Assembly (NCBI RefSeq): GCF_963921235.1 | Contig: NC_086108.1 | Coordinates: 42,162,001-42,226,000 of the forward strand | DNA: 64,000 nt | Reading direction: 5' to 3' | Origin: Mobula hypostoma | Lineage: Eukaryota | Shown here: positions 24,735-35,295 of the stretch, piece after piece | Numbering within the stretch: position 1 is the stretch's first letter | Layout of the letters: each line of letters begins with the position of its first letter | Program-made: the position numbers and the translations under genes | The notes under the pieces: generated by a model | The model's database searches: none | What the model was told of the DNA's origin: nothing | Seen by the model: the letters and a program-made list of their open reading frames with translations, nothing else

Positions 24735-25779
24735 TAAGAATAAACGGTTGAATGCATAACGTCAAATGCTCTGGGAACAAACCACAGTTGAATACAATGC
24801 ATCATTGACTGATTTTGTTTACCTCTTTGCTTAATTAACTCTAAATATTTTAATCTGTTGTACAAACGAGTTGTATTGAAAAGGTGTATCGGGTTTGATT
24901 TGTGTGCTACTACTCATTTGGTAGTACTGTCACCTTTTGAGCTGGAAGGTTGCGCGTTCAAGCCCCGCAAAAGCCGAGCAAAGAGTCTATGCTGACACTG
25001 CTCCACGGTCCTGAGTGATTGTTGGACTAACAGGATTGCAACCCTTCAGACGAGAAGTTAATTCTCTCAAGATGAACTAAAACTCTACAAAGACAGGCAA
25101 CTGAACTATCTTCGTGTCCTGTCCAATATTCATCCTTAATTCTTACAGCAACAATTAGGTCATTGCCACAATGCTGTTTGTGGCAGCCCGCTGTGCATAA
25201 ATTGTCTGTTGGGGCTCCGATTAAACTATAGGGACAATATTTATGGAATCCCGAAACGGACGTAAAAGTCCGTTGTCATCGGTCATTTGCCGTCGTTCAT
25301 TGTCATTTCCGAGCTAGTCCTTTAAACACCAAAGAATTGAAAATGTTCATGCAAAAAAATTCACATAAGCCATTTGTGTCAATATTATCCATAAAAGGAC
25401 AATAATTTATTTTTCGAGTTTAAATTATGTTTTATTTGTATTTTTCCCATTGCTGTTGTTGCTACAATAGTTCGCCTATTAATTAACGCGGTTGAATTAA
25501 TAGCATCAGCATTAGCGACGTCCGCATTGTGGTGGTTATTGTATTGTGGGATTCACCGTCTTCAAATGTTTGCTACTTTGAAACAAATTTATCACCTTTG
25601 GTTCATTAATCGTTATTTTAATATCCCAGTACAAACGATAAGTGTGGTATAAATATGAGAGCGAGAGAAAGAGATGTGATCGCAAAGTAATTTAATAGAG
25701 CTGAATTTGCCTAGGAAGTGAGGGCTCGCTATAATATGAAGCGATTGAATGGAAAATGAATGCATAATATATTGTAGTT

Positions 25780-26354
25780 GACGCGGCTGTTGCTTATTTT
25801 GAATGGCTCTTCGTCTTTTAGGAAAGAATGCGAAGAAAGACGAGGCCGGCGGGAAGGCAATAAATGCGGAGACAAACAATATGCACTGTCTGGAAAGGAA
25901 GGGGGAGGGAAGGTCCTAACTCCGACTGGCAGTGGCAGAGCGCGCGTTGCGCGGGGACGAGCTTCACCGAGAAATGAGCGGGGACGCGCAAACTTCACAC
26001 ACCCAGGACGTTGATGGGAACGCGCGGTGCGTGGGGTGGAGCTGGGAGGCGGCGGCGGCGGATTCCCGGTGCAGCGGCAGAAGCCCAGTGACAGGAGGCG
26101 GAGGATGGGAGCGGTTGGCCCTAGCTTCTGACCGTCACTCATCCGTACCCAGAGAAGCGGGGGTAGACTTGTCACTATAGAAAAGAAAAATATCCGGATC
26201 TTCCACATAAATTCACCGTCCACCAAAAAAAAACTGGTCCGAAGGAGTCGACACTTTCCGCGCTGCGGGGATGCCGTAAATCACGCAGGATTTTCCTTGC
26301 GGCAGAGCCAATTTTAAAGACGGAGTGAGCGGCTGTGGGCGCCGGGCTTCAGTG
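25780..26354 (+). promoter_or_regulatory. CAMSAP2: CAMSAP2 CpG-island promoter and 5'UTR
   Basis: CpG-dense sequence with a GGC repeat, directly upstream of the ATG at 26355. Confidence 0.75.
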
Positions 26355-26496
26355 ATGGGCGACACGATGGATCCGGGCAGAGAAATGAAGAAGACGTTCA
26401 TTGTCCCTGCCATCAAAGCCTTCGATCACTATGATTTTTCCAGAGCCAAGATCGCATGCAGCCTCTCGTGGCTGGTGGCGAAGGCATTTGGGACAG
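26355..26496 (+). CDS. CAMSAP2: Calmodulin-regulated spectrin-associated protein 2, coding exon 1
   Basis: MGDTMDPGREMKKTFIVPAIKAFDHYDFSRAKIACSLSWLVAKAFGT versus human MGDAADPREMRKTFIVPAIKPFDHYDFSRAKIACNLAWLVAKAFGT. Phase-1 donor G|gtaggt. Confidence 0.97.
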
Positions 26497-27288
26497 GTAG
26501 GTGGCGCGCTGTGTGCCGAGTGCGGGCTTTGCTCGGTTCGGAGATGGGAATGCAGCAGACAGCAGAGACAGAGACGGCCGGCCCTCTTTCCTACGACACA
26601 TCAGCACACTGGAAACTGCTGTGCGTCCTCCTTACACGCGGCTAGCCTCCGCCACCTTCCAATTTTAATTATGTTGAAACATCGGACGTTTTGTTTAAAA
26701 AAAAGTATAGACATTTGGCCGGTTCTGACTTAATAGGAAGGTTGTTGGGTCCTTATGCCCCAAAAGTGAATATCCCATTTGATCCTTTCCCATGTGCTGT
26801 GTTCATATGTTTTAGGAATGCATAACGAGTACAGGGATGTGTTGTTTCTATACAGATCAATCAACAACCGACACAATGTGTCCACAGTTTTTCTTTTGAG
26901 ATGGTGGTCGAGTAGTCGATTTGTTGACAAGATTATAATTATTCTTTTCTATGCCTGAATTTTGTTAATTATTTGCTTTTTCATTTATCAAAACGCATAA
27001 CGTGTTAATGCTATGGCATTAACATGCAAATACGGTTAACATTTATTTATAGATGTGTTTTATCTGTGCTATGTTTTACTGCAAATGCCTAAGGGCAGGT
27101 AAGACGAGGCCAAGGACGTGTAAAGGTAATTTTTTCTATATCGTCTGCAATGAACATTCGCACAGGAAAATACATCTGCGTTCTCTCTGCGTTATTTGCA
27201 CTCATTGTTGTAAAAGTGTATGGCTCTTTTGAAACTAAGTGAGAGCGAAGAGTGCCGATGTTGACTAAAAATAGGGTAAAGACTCAGT

Positions 27289-27326
27289 TAGTCCTGACGA
27301 AGGGTCTCGGCCTGAAACGTCGACTG
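27289..27326 (+). ncRNA. Minimal type I hammerhead ribozyme motif in a Penelope-derived insert (27291-27390)
   Basis: tagtc-CTGACGA-A-gggt(ctcg)gcct-GAAA-CG-TC-gactg: stem I, intact core, stem II and palindromic ACGT in place of stem III. TSD gtaaaga(c/t)tcagtta at 27276-27290 and 27391-27405. Confidence 0.75.
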
Positions 27327-27919
27327 TACCTCCACCTAGAGATGCTGCCAGGCCTGCTGCGTTTACCAGCAATTTTGATATGTGTTGGTTGTAAAGATTC
27401 AGTTACCTTGATTGGTTTCTTGATAAAGCCTTGACAATTCAGGGCAGTGTGGACACTTGTATGGCATCCCTTCCTCCCATAGAACTATTCTTTGTACACT
27501 GGTGATCAGCTGCACATTGAGCATTGCCTGATGTGGATAAGGAGAGCCCTCTGACATGGGACTCCCTGCCATGCTAGCTGCAGTTGAAGGCTGTGAGCTG
27601 TAAAGTGCAAAGTTTGCTGGCTTTTATTTCCTCTGGGTGGCTTTCTCAGCTAGTCAGGCTTTCCATTCTTTGGTGTCTCTTCTGAATCTGTCTTGAATAG
27701 TTAGCCTCTGGAGGTCCAGATCATTGACAGCTTCCATATCCCTAATGACCTTGTTTCCAGGTGTCTTCATCATGAAGGTATGGAGAGGAGGCCATTATCT
27801 AGTGGTCAGTTCAACATACAGGATATGTTTGGAATGATTTGGCACATGGTTGAACTTTGTTCTGCCAAGGGTTTCCAAGAAAATGTCTGAAGCAACAAAG
27901 GTGGACACTTAAGTATCCA

Positions 27920-28660
27920 TTAAGTGTGAAGTGGTTCATTTTGGTAGGTCAAGTTTGAAGTCGGAATATAATATTAACGGTAAGACTCTTGGCGGTGTGG
28001 AGGATCAGCGAGATCTTGGGGTCCATGTCCATAGGACACTCAAAGCTGCTGCACAGGTTGACAGTTTTGTTAAGAATGCATATGGTGTGTTGACCCTCAT
28101 CAACCGTGGAATTGAGTTCAAGAGCCATGAGGTAATGTTACAGCTATATCCGGTTCTGGTCACCTCATTACAGAAAGGATGTGGATACCATAGAGAGAGT
28201 GCAGAAGAGACTTACAAGGATGTTGCCTGGATTGGAGAGCATACCTTATGAGAATAGGTTGAGTGAACTTAGCCTTTTCTCCTTGGAATGATGGAGGATG
28301 AGAGGTGACCTGATAGAGGTGTATAAGATGATGAGAGGCATTGATTGTGTGGATAGCCAGAGGCTTTTTCCCAGGGCTGAAATGGCTAACACAAGGGGGC
28401 ATAGTTTTAAGGTGCTTGGAAGTAGATACAAGGGGGATGTCAGAGGCAAGTTTTTCACACACAGAGTGGTGAGTAAGTGGAATGCACTGCTAGTGAAGAT
28501 GATAGAGGGTCCTTTAAGAGACTCTTAGATAGGTACATGAACCTTACAAAAATAGAGGGCTATGCGGTAGGGAAATTCTAGGCTGCTTCTAGAGTGGGTT
28601 ACATGGTCGGCACAACATTGTGGGCCAAAGGGCCTGTAATATGCTGTAGATTTCTATGTT
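27920..28660 (+). mobile_element. CR1 3' fragment
   Basis: VHFGRS...RDLGVHVH and MRGDLIEVYKMMRG fragments, tail gatttctatgtt. Confidence 0.9.
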
Positions 28661-28683
28661 AAGTCTTTTCTCATGTCTTGTAT

Positions 28684-28897
28684 GCCAGTCGGTGGTGTAG
28701 TGGCATCAGCACTGGACTTTGAGGCGAGTGGTCCTTGGTTCGAATCCGGCTGGCTCCTTGCACTCTTTCCACCTGTGCTGGGTTGAGCGTTGAGCTAGCA
28801 ACTAAACCTTGTTTAAAAAAACAGACAAAGTGCTAAAGAAATGGCAAGGTTACCATCACCCAATGTGCCACAGGGCGGGGAGATGAATAACAACAAC
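28684..28897 (+). mobile_element. tRNA-derived SINE
   Basis: A box TGGTGTAGTGG and B box GGTTCGAATCC, followed by a non-tRNA body and a (caa)n tail. Confidence 0.75.
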
Positions 28898-28974
28898 TTG
28901 TGCCCTGTGTGCACTGTAGATATTTGTACTAAAGACACCAATTTGGTGAACTTGCAGTTTGCTGTTCTCTTATT

Positions 28975-29720
28975 CAAAGTACATTATGATCAATACTGGA
29001 TATTATCAAAGTATCTGTACTGTATACAACCTTGAGATTTGTCTTCTTGCAGGCAACCACTAAACAAAGAAACACAATAGAACCCCTTTTTAAAAAAAAC
29101 TACAGAGACTGTCAAATGCCCTTTGTGTGGAAAAAAAAGAATAAATCATGCGAACAATAAAAAAGTAAACGAAGAACAGATAGAGCATTAACTGCAGAGT
29201 TGCCGAAAGTGAGCCTGCCGTTACGGAGCCAGTTTAGCCCTGTGGTGAGTGCTGATGGTTGTAGGCCACAGCTGTAGAGTCATATCAGCGCTGAAACCCC
29301 TTGATCAAATTGTGCAAATAGTGAAAAAGAACACATGGAACATGAACTGCAGAGTCCCCAAAAGTGACTCCACAGCTGTGGCGCCCGTTCAGCGCTGGGG
29401 CGAGTGAAGCTAGTCCAGCAGCCCAGTGGCTGCAGGGCAACAACTGTTCCCAAACCTGGCAGCGTGGGTCCCAACACTCCTGCACCTCCTGCCCGATGGT
29501 AGTACTGAGAAGAGATGGAAACCAGTCAAACACGGGTTTTTTAAAAGGAATTCTATTGTGTTTCTTTGCTTTGTGGCAGATGGCAGTGAGCACCTGTTTG
29601 TTTTCTTCTCTCATCCTCGATGATTTTAATCCTGCTTGACACTTCAATCGGCGCAGGGTAATGGAGCCTACCTTGGGTTTGTATTCTGTCATCTGGCATT
29701 GATGCATGGTTCACCCCTAG
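28975..29720 (-). repeat. Dispersed repeat (LINE 3'UTR-like), homologous to 51045-51770
   Basis: Both copies share acaaccttgagatttgtcttcttgcaggca...gaacatgaactgcagag. Confidence 0.7.
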
Positions 29721-31548
29721 CGATGGCCACCCTGGTCCTACCTGTATTCCCTGGAGTCTAAATCACTGAATTGTTAGGTTGCTGTTGTTCCAAACTCTTT
29801 TGCTGAACTTGAATATGAATGGTTTAATTCAAGTCACAAGATGATCCATAAATGTCTTCACGAACTTTTTTCTTTTGTAGGTAGGCTTTTGAAGGAAATT
29901 TATTGATATGAAAGTTTATTTGCTTCCAATACAGATTTTTGTGTTGGGTTAGGTGACTGTGAGGACATAAGTAGCATAATGTTTATGGCAACATTAATTC
30001 ACTAGCTGGGTTTTTGGTTACTTCCCTTAATATCTCCTGTTTTGGTGGATTGGTGACAACTTTTGTTTCATAATGTTTCTGTAAGGTTTTATGGGAGCAA
30101 TCTAGTGTCTCTTTGAAAGTATAAAAGGGCTGCAAATGCTAGAAATACAAAATGAAGAGAAAGAAAATATGCTGAAATCACACAGCAGATCAGGCAGCAT
30201 CTGTGGAAGAAGAACCAGAATTAATGTCTTTGGTTGAAGACCTTTCATTATAATCAGATTTGACCAGACTCTGGATTCCTTTCGACAGATGTTGCTTGCA
30301 TTCGATTCTGTGAATGCCTTTTGTGACATGTATAAAGTTCCCATTTTCGGAACTTCTAAACTCCGAAGAGAATTCTTTTTATGGGCGGTGGGGTGGAGAT
30401 GCCTCCCTACTAAAGGGGGTGTAAGGTGCCCCTTCCCTCTGCAAGTGTGTAGGTCACTCTTGTGCAAGGTGTAGCACCTGCTTAGCCCCCTGATCATGGT
30501 CACATGAAGCCAAGGGGACAGATGGTGGATGGTCATATCAACAACTGGTGTATATGACAAGTCCTGGTTATGCGACCACTGAAGCCAGGTAGGCCATCGC
30601 TGAAGCATATTGATAATGGCTGGATCACCCATCTTGCCATTGCCTTCATCAGGGCAGTGTCTTTGCATACCACTTCTGTAGAAAAAATTGCTAGAAACAA
30701 TCACGGTCATGGAAAGGCCATGATTGCCCATGTCATACGACATGGCATGTAACAAACAAATTCCTTTTTAATAGAATTGAACTATTTGCTTACAGTTACC
30801 AAAGAAGCCTGATGAACATAAATATCCTTCTAAGGCAGTGCCTATCCTTTCCTTGATTGCCTTGTTTAAAATTTTCTTGTTGGATTCTTGCTCCTCCCAT
30901 GGCACTATAATGCCTCTGATTAAGGACATAGTGTTTGTTTATAAGATCATCTCATTTCTCTCATTCTTGATCATTATGTAACCAATAAGATGATTAAACC
31001 TAGCATGCTCTTTCAACTTCTCTGCACTGTCCATCTGTCTGATAAAATTAGAGAATTATTTGAACGGTTCCTCCAGCCACACCCATTTTGTTTCCTCCGC
31101 CTCCCAGGGGTTTTTTCTAGGCCTCCTGCTATATCTTGTCTCAGCACTATCCCTCGTAAGCCTGCACATCGGCAACACCCAGTTCCACTGTACCATCCCC
31201 AACTTTGACCTTCCACTACTGTCACATTGTTTGGTAAACGTCCAGTACTGATTTCCTTGATCTTGCCGAAAACTACCTGAATGTGAAGCAGTTGCTCACA
31301 GCTTTCATGGAATAACTTGTTAAGCTTCAGATTTTGTATCATTACCTATTTTCCATTCTGTGATGTTCTAGACCATGACTCTTGCTTTAGCTCATTTGCT
31401 GATGCTACCAACATCCATTGTCTTATGGCCAATGGAAAGTTTATTCCAATGCAAATCTGGCCAATCTCCCTCATTCCACCTTCTGTTATCAAAACTTTTA
31501 CTTCCCTTGTCCTAACGCACTCCCATGTTTTAATAGGTGTCTTCCATA

Positions 31549-32256
31549 TAGTCATAGTCATACTTTATTGATCCCGGGGGAAATTGGTTTTTGTTACAGT
31601 TGCACCATAAATAATAAATAGTAAAAAAAACCATAAATAGTTAAGTAGTAATATGTAAATTATGCCAGGAAATAAGTCCAGGGCCAGCCTATTGGCTCAG
31701 GGTGTCTACCCTCCAAGGGAGGAGTTCTAAAGTTTGATGGCCACAGGCAGGAATGACTTCCTATGACGCTCTGTGTTGCATCTCGGTGGAATGGGAGACA
31801 TGCAACTTGGACAGCATCCTCTTTTCAAACACCACTGTCAGAGAGTCCAGTTCCATCCCCACAACATCACTGCCCTTACGAATGAGTTTGTTGATTCTGT
31901 TGGTGTCTGCTACCCTCAGCCTGCTGCCCCAGCACACAACAGCAAACATAATAGCACTGGCCACCACAGACTCGTAGAACGTCCTCAGCATCATCCGGCA
32001 GATGTTAAAGGACCTCAGTCTCCTCAGGAAATAGAGACGGCTTTGACCCTTCTTGTAGACAGCCTCAGTGTTCTTTGACCAGTCCAGTTTATTGTTAATT
32101 CGTATCCCCAGGTATTTGTAATCCTCCACCATGTCCACCCTGACCCCCTGGATGGAAACAGGGGTCACCGGCACCTTAGCTCTCCTCAGGTCTACCACCA
32201 GCTCCTTAGTCTTTTTCACATTAAGCTGCAGATAATTCTGCTCACACCATGTGACA
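31549..32256 (-). mobile_element. Rex1/Babar-type LINE 3' fragment
   Basis: KKTKELVVDLRR...YKYLG...KKGQSRLYFLRRLRSF. Closely similar to 56910-57680 apart from two small deletions. Confidence 0.9.
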
Positions 32257-32860
32257 ATATGCTTGCTGATCTATGTTGGCTCGTAGTTCAACAATGTTTT
32301 CAGTTTTAAAATTTTCATCTTCACTTGTATATCCTTTGTTACATCTTTAGTGTCATCTTTAAGCTCTCAAAGCACTCTGCTATTGGTTTTGATTCCTCAA
32401 CCTCTCTTTCCTTCTTTCTCTTTATCCCTTTAGAATTTTCACTCCATCCAAGTACTTAACCATCTTCCACACTATTTCCATGTGAGGATTGGTATTAAAA
32501 TTTGTTTGTGAAGCATTGTAGGATGTTTTGCTCTACTAAAGGAAAAAAAGCTATCGATTGTTTCATTAAAATAAGAGAAATTATTTTCAATCTGTCACTC
32601 AGTGCAACTTGATTAAGAGCTTGTATGAAGGTTGTAAAATTGGCACATTTTATTGGTTATACTGGTTATACTTTTATTGGTTATAAATATGTTTGCATAA
32701 AACATATCTGAAACTTCAATCAAGTAGGTTTTTTTTATCCTTTGCTGATAATGTTTTACTTTGCCATTTAAGTACACTTCTAACAAGTTTCTTTTCTTTC
32801 AGCAACTTGCCTGACAAATTTCAAATCACTGCATTTTTTCCAATTTTGCTAGAGGAAGTA

Positions 32861-33865
32861 CAGGTCGACCTTCACTAATCTGGCACCATTGGGACCTGAG
32901 GAGTGCCGGATTAGTGAAAATGTTGAATTACAGAAGGAGCACATTAAGCAATAGCTACCTGCCTCATCATACCTTTAAAATATTATTTAAATCAGTACAA
33001 GTTAGATAATAATGAAACAGAAATATTAAATGAGTAGCACGTGAATTTTTAATAAAGTAATATACTGTGCAGGCACAGATAAAATAAAGGGTACAGGTAA
33101 ATGTACAGGAATTAGCTAATACAGAACAGTTGAGCACTTCCGCTTCTAAAGTGAGACGTTTAATATACCTTCAGGCAAAGTTACATGTCTGCAAGTGTGG
33201 GATTGTCAGGATCATCAACACCTTCATCTTGAAAAATGAGTCAAGCATCAGGAACTGGTGCTGAAACTGGCACAACAGTTTCTTCAAAAACTTGATGTTG
33301 GTGGCAGCACATCTGGGTGAGCAGAAGCAGAAGTCGGAGAAAGGAGGTCTTCTATACACCACATTTCACGCGACCGCCAGGCGGTCGGGGATTTGGTTCT
33401 GGACTCTTCCCTCTTCACTCGCAGTTACTGAGGAAATCCTCGTTAGTTTCTTTTCCTTCGCTTAGTAATATGTTTAAATTCAGCAGGTCACCACGTCTGA
33501 TCTAAGGTCGTAGGCAGAAGAGAACGGAGCGCCAGCCGGGCGATGCCAGCAGGCGGGCGAGAAGGCGGACCAACCCAGCATGCACCAGTTCCCCTGCCGC
33601 TGGCGGATGAGATGGGCAGGTGCCGGGCGGCCGCGCCTCACACAAATGATATTAATAAATGCAAGAAAACAAGCAGGAATCGCCTGTCTGTGCTTACAAG
33701 AGCACGCCAACACGTGAACAGATCTAGCGCAACCAGAACAATGCACAGCAGATTGGTACGGTGGCCTGAGAAATTTGAAATTACAGTTGTGCAGAGAATT
33801 TAAAATCAGTGCCAGATTATCGAAGGAACCGGATTACAGTTAGTCGGATTAGTGAAGGTCGACTG
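32861..33865 (-). mobile_element. Tigger/pogo-type non-autonomous DNA transposon containing an rDNA fragment
   Basis: TIRs cag(g)tcgaccttcactaatc / gattagtgaaggtcgactg with TA on both sides. Minus-strand LDSFFK motif near 33230-33250 resembles a Tigger transposase C-terminus. Confidence 0.85.
33335..33510 (-). pseudogene. Degenerate fragment of the 28S rRNA 5' end, preceded by GC-rich ITS2-like sequence (33511 to about 33640)
   Basis: Minus strand reads cgaccttagatcagacgtggtgacctgctgaatttaaacatattactaagcgaaggaaaagaaactaacgaggatttcctcagtaactgcgagtgaagagggaagag, the conserved vertebrate 28S 5' terminus with substitutions. Confidence 0.92.
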
Positions 33866-35070
33866 TATTCCCCAGCCCTTGATAAACATATAACCTTCTT
33901 GATTCCCATCATCTCAGGAGCCCACATTTGAAACAACATCCATTGATGGGATGGTTTTATTCTGAAGTTCTTGACTCACTAAAAGTTTAGATATTCTCAG
34001 GTTAGATCCTGAACCCAGTTCAAATTAAATTGAAAATAAAATAGACATCATTTACCATGAAGGCATCAAGTTCTGATCTTCATTTGTAGATATTTTAAAA
34101 ATGACTGACTGGAAGCTTGCTTGCATTTCTGGGTGCAGGATAAAGGAAATAGTTTGACTCGGCAGTGTTCTTGCTTCTGTATCAAAAGACTGAATTAGGT
34201 TATTACTACTCTAGATTCTTCTAGATTCTTGAGTGCAAATATGGGTTCACAGTGGCATTTTTCAGATGAGTCATAAAAGCAAGATCCATCTGTTCTCTCA
34301 GATGGACATTAAAAGATGCTGTGGCATTAATTTGAAGAGCAGGAGAATTAACTCCTAGTATTTTAACTGATGCCTTTCCTATATTCGTCATTACAGATTA
34401 TCTGGATGTACTGCTTGTAGAAGATTGCTTTGGGTAACTTGGGTGCCGTGTTTCCTAATCATATGGAACCTGCATGTCAGCAGCATTTCATTGGATTGAA
34501 AACCCATTGGGCATGTTGAAAGATTTTTTTCCCACCTTTTGACATTTTTGTGTTGTCTCCAAAAAAGTATCAAATAAGTATTTTAGGATGAAATGATAAA
34601 CATCTTCCTTTTTCATCTCAGCAACATGGTTATGTAAAACAGATAGAGGTCAATTTTAGTTTTCAATTTTCTACTGTATTGGTGGCTTTTTATGTATGCA
34701 ACTGAAAATGATCTTGAGAAATATTTCATCTTAGTTTTTTATATAACTGGCCTTTTGGAAAATTAGCCTCTTTTTTCCTGTTCATTTTCACAGTTCTAAA
34801 AGCAACATTAAAATGTGTTAGTGTGATGTTAGTGAGAGTTTGTCAGTATTTCAAATATGTTTAGTTATTTAAGGCTCCAAATTGCAGGTGTAAAAGAAGC
34901 CTCGGTGCCTAATTTAACAGTAATAAATTGCAAATTAACTAGGATACATTGGAGCAGGATACATTGCTATATATATCTCAGATTTTGTTTGCATGATATT
35001 TTTTGTTATGCTGATTAGAGAGAACAGTTGAAGGTTTATGTCCTCCCTAATCAATTGAGGTAAATTACAG

Positions 35071-35295
35071 CAACACACATAAAAGTTGCTGGTGAACGCA
35101 GCAGGCCAGGCAGCGTTTCTAGGAAGAGGTGCAGTCGACGTTTCAGGCCGAGACTCTTCGTCAGCACTGAGGGTCTCGGCCTGAAACGTCGACTGCACCT
35201 CTTCCTAGAGATGCTGCCTGGCCTGCTGCGTTCACCAGCAGCTTTTATGTGTGTTGCTTGAATTTCCAGCATCTGCAGAATTCCTGTTGTTTGCC
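35071..35295. mobile_element. Penelope-derived insert forming an 89-bp hairpin, with a hammerhead motif on the minus strand
   Basis: Arms at 35069-35157 and 35170-35258. Exact 13-bp TSD aggtaaattacag at 35058-35070 and 35296-35308. Minus strand reads CTGACGA-A-gagtctcggcct-GAAACGTC. Confidence 0.88.

Noticed and set aside
25729..26226. 165-aa antisense ORF and other ORFs over the CAMSAP2 promoter
   Set aside because: These are stop-poor GC-rich CpG-island frames with no recognisable homology.
28684..28757. tRNA gene
   Set aside because: It has A and B boxes, but the anticodon and T stems do not pair into a cloverleaf. It runs into a SINE body with no poly-T terminator.
33335..33510. Functional 28S rRNA gene
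   Set aside because: Only about 175 nt, with substitutions at conserved positions, no 5.8S or 18S, and embedded in a transposon.
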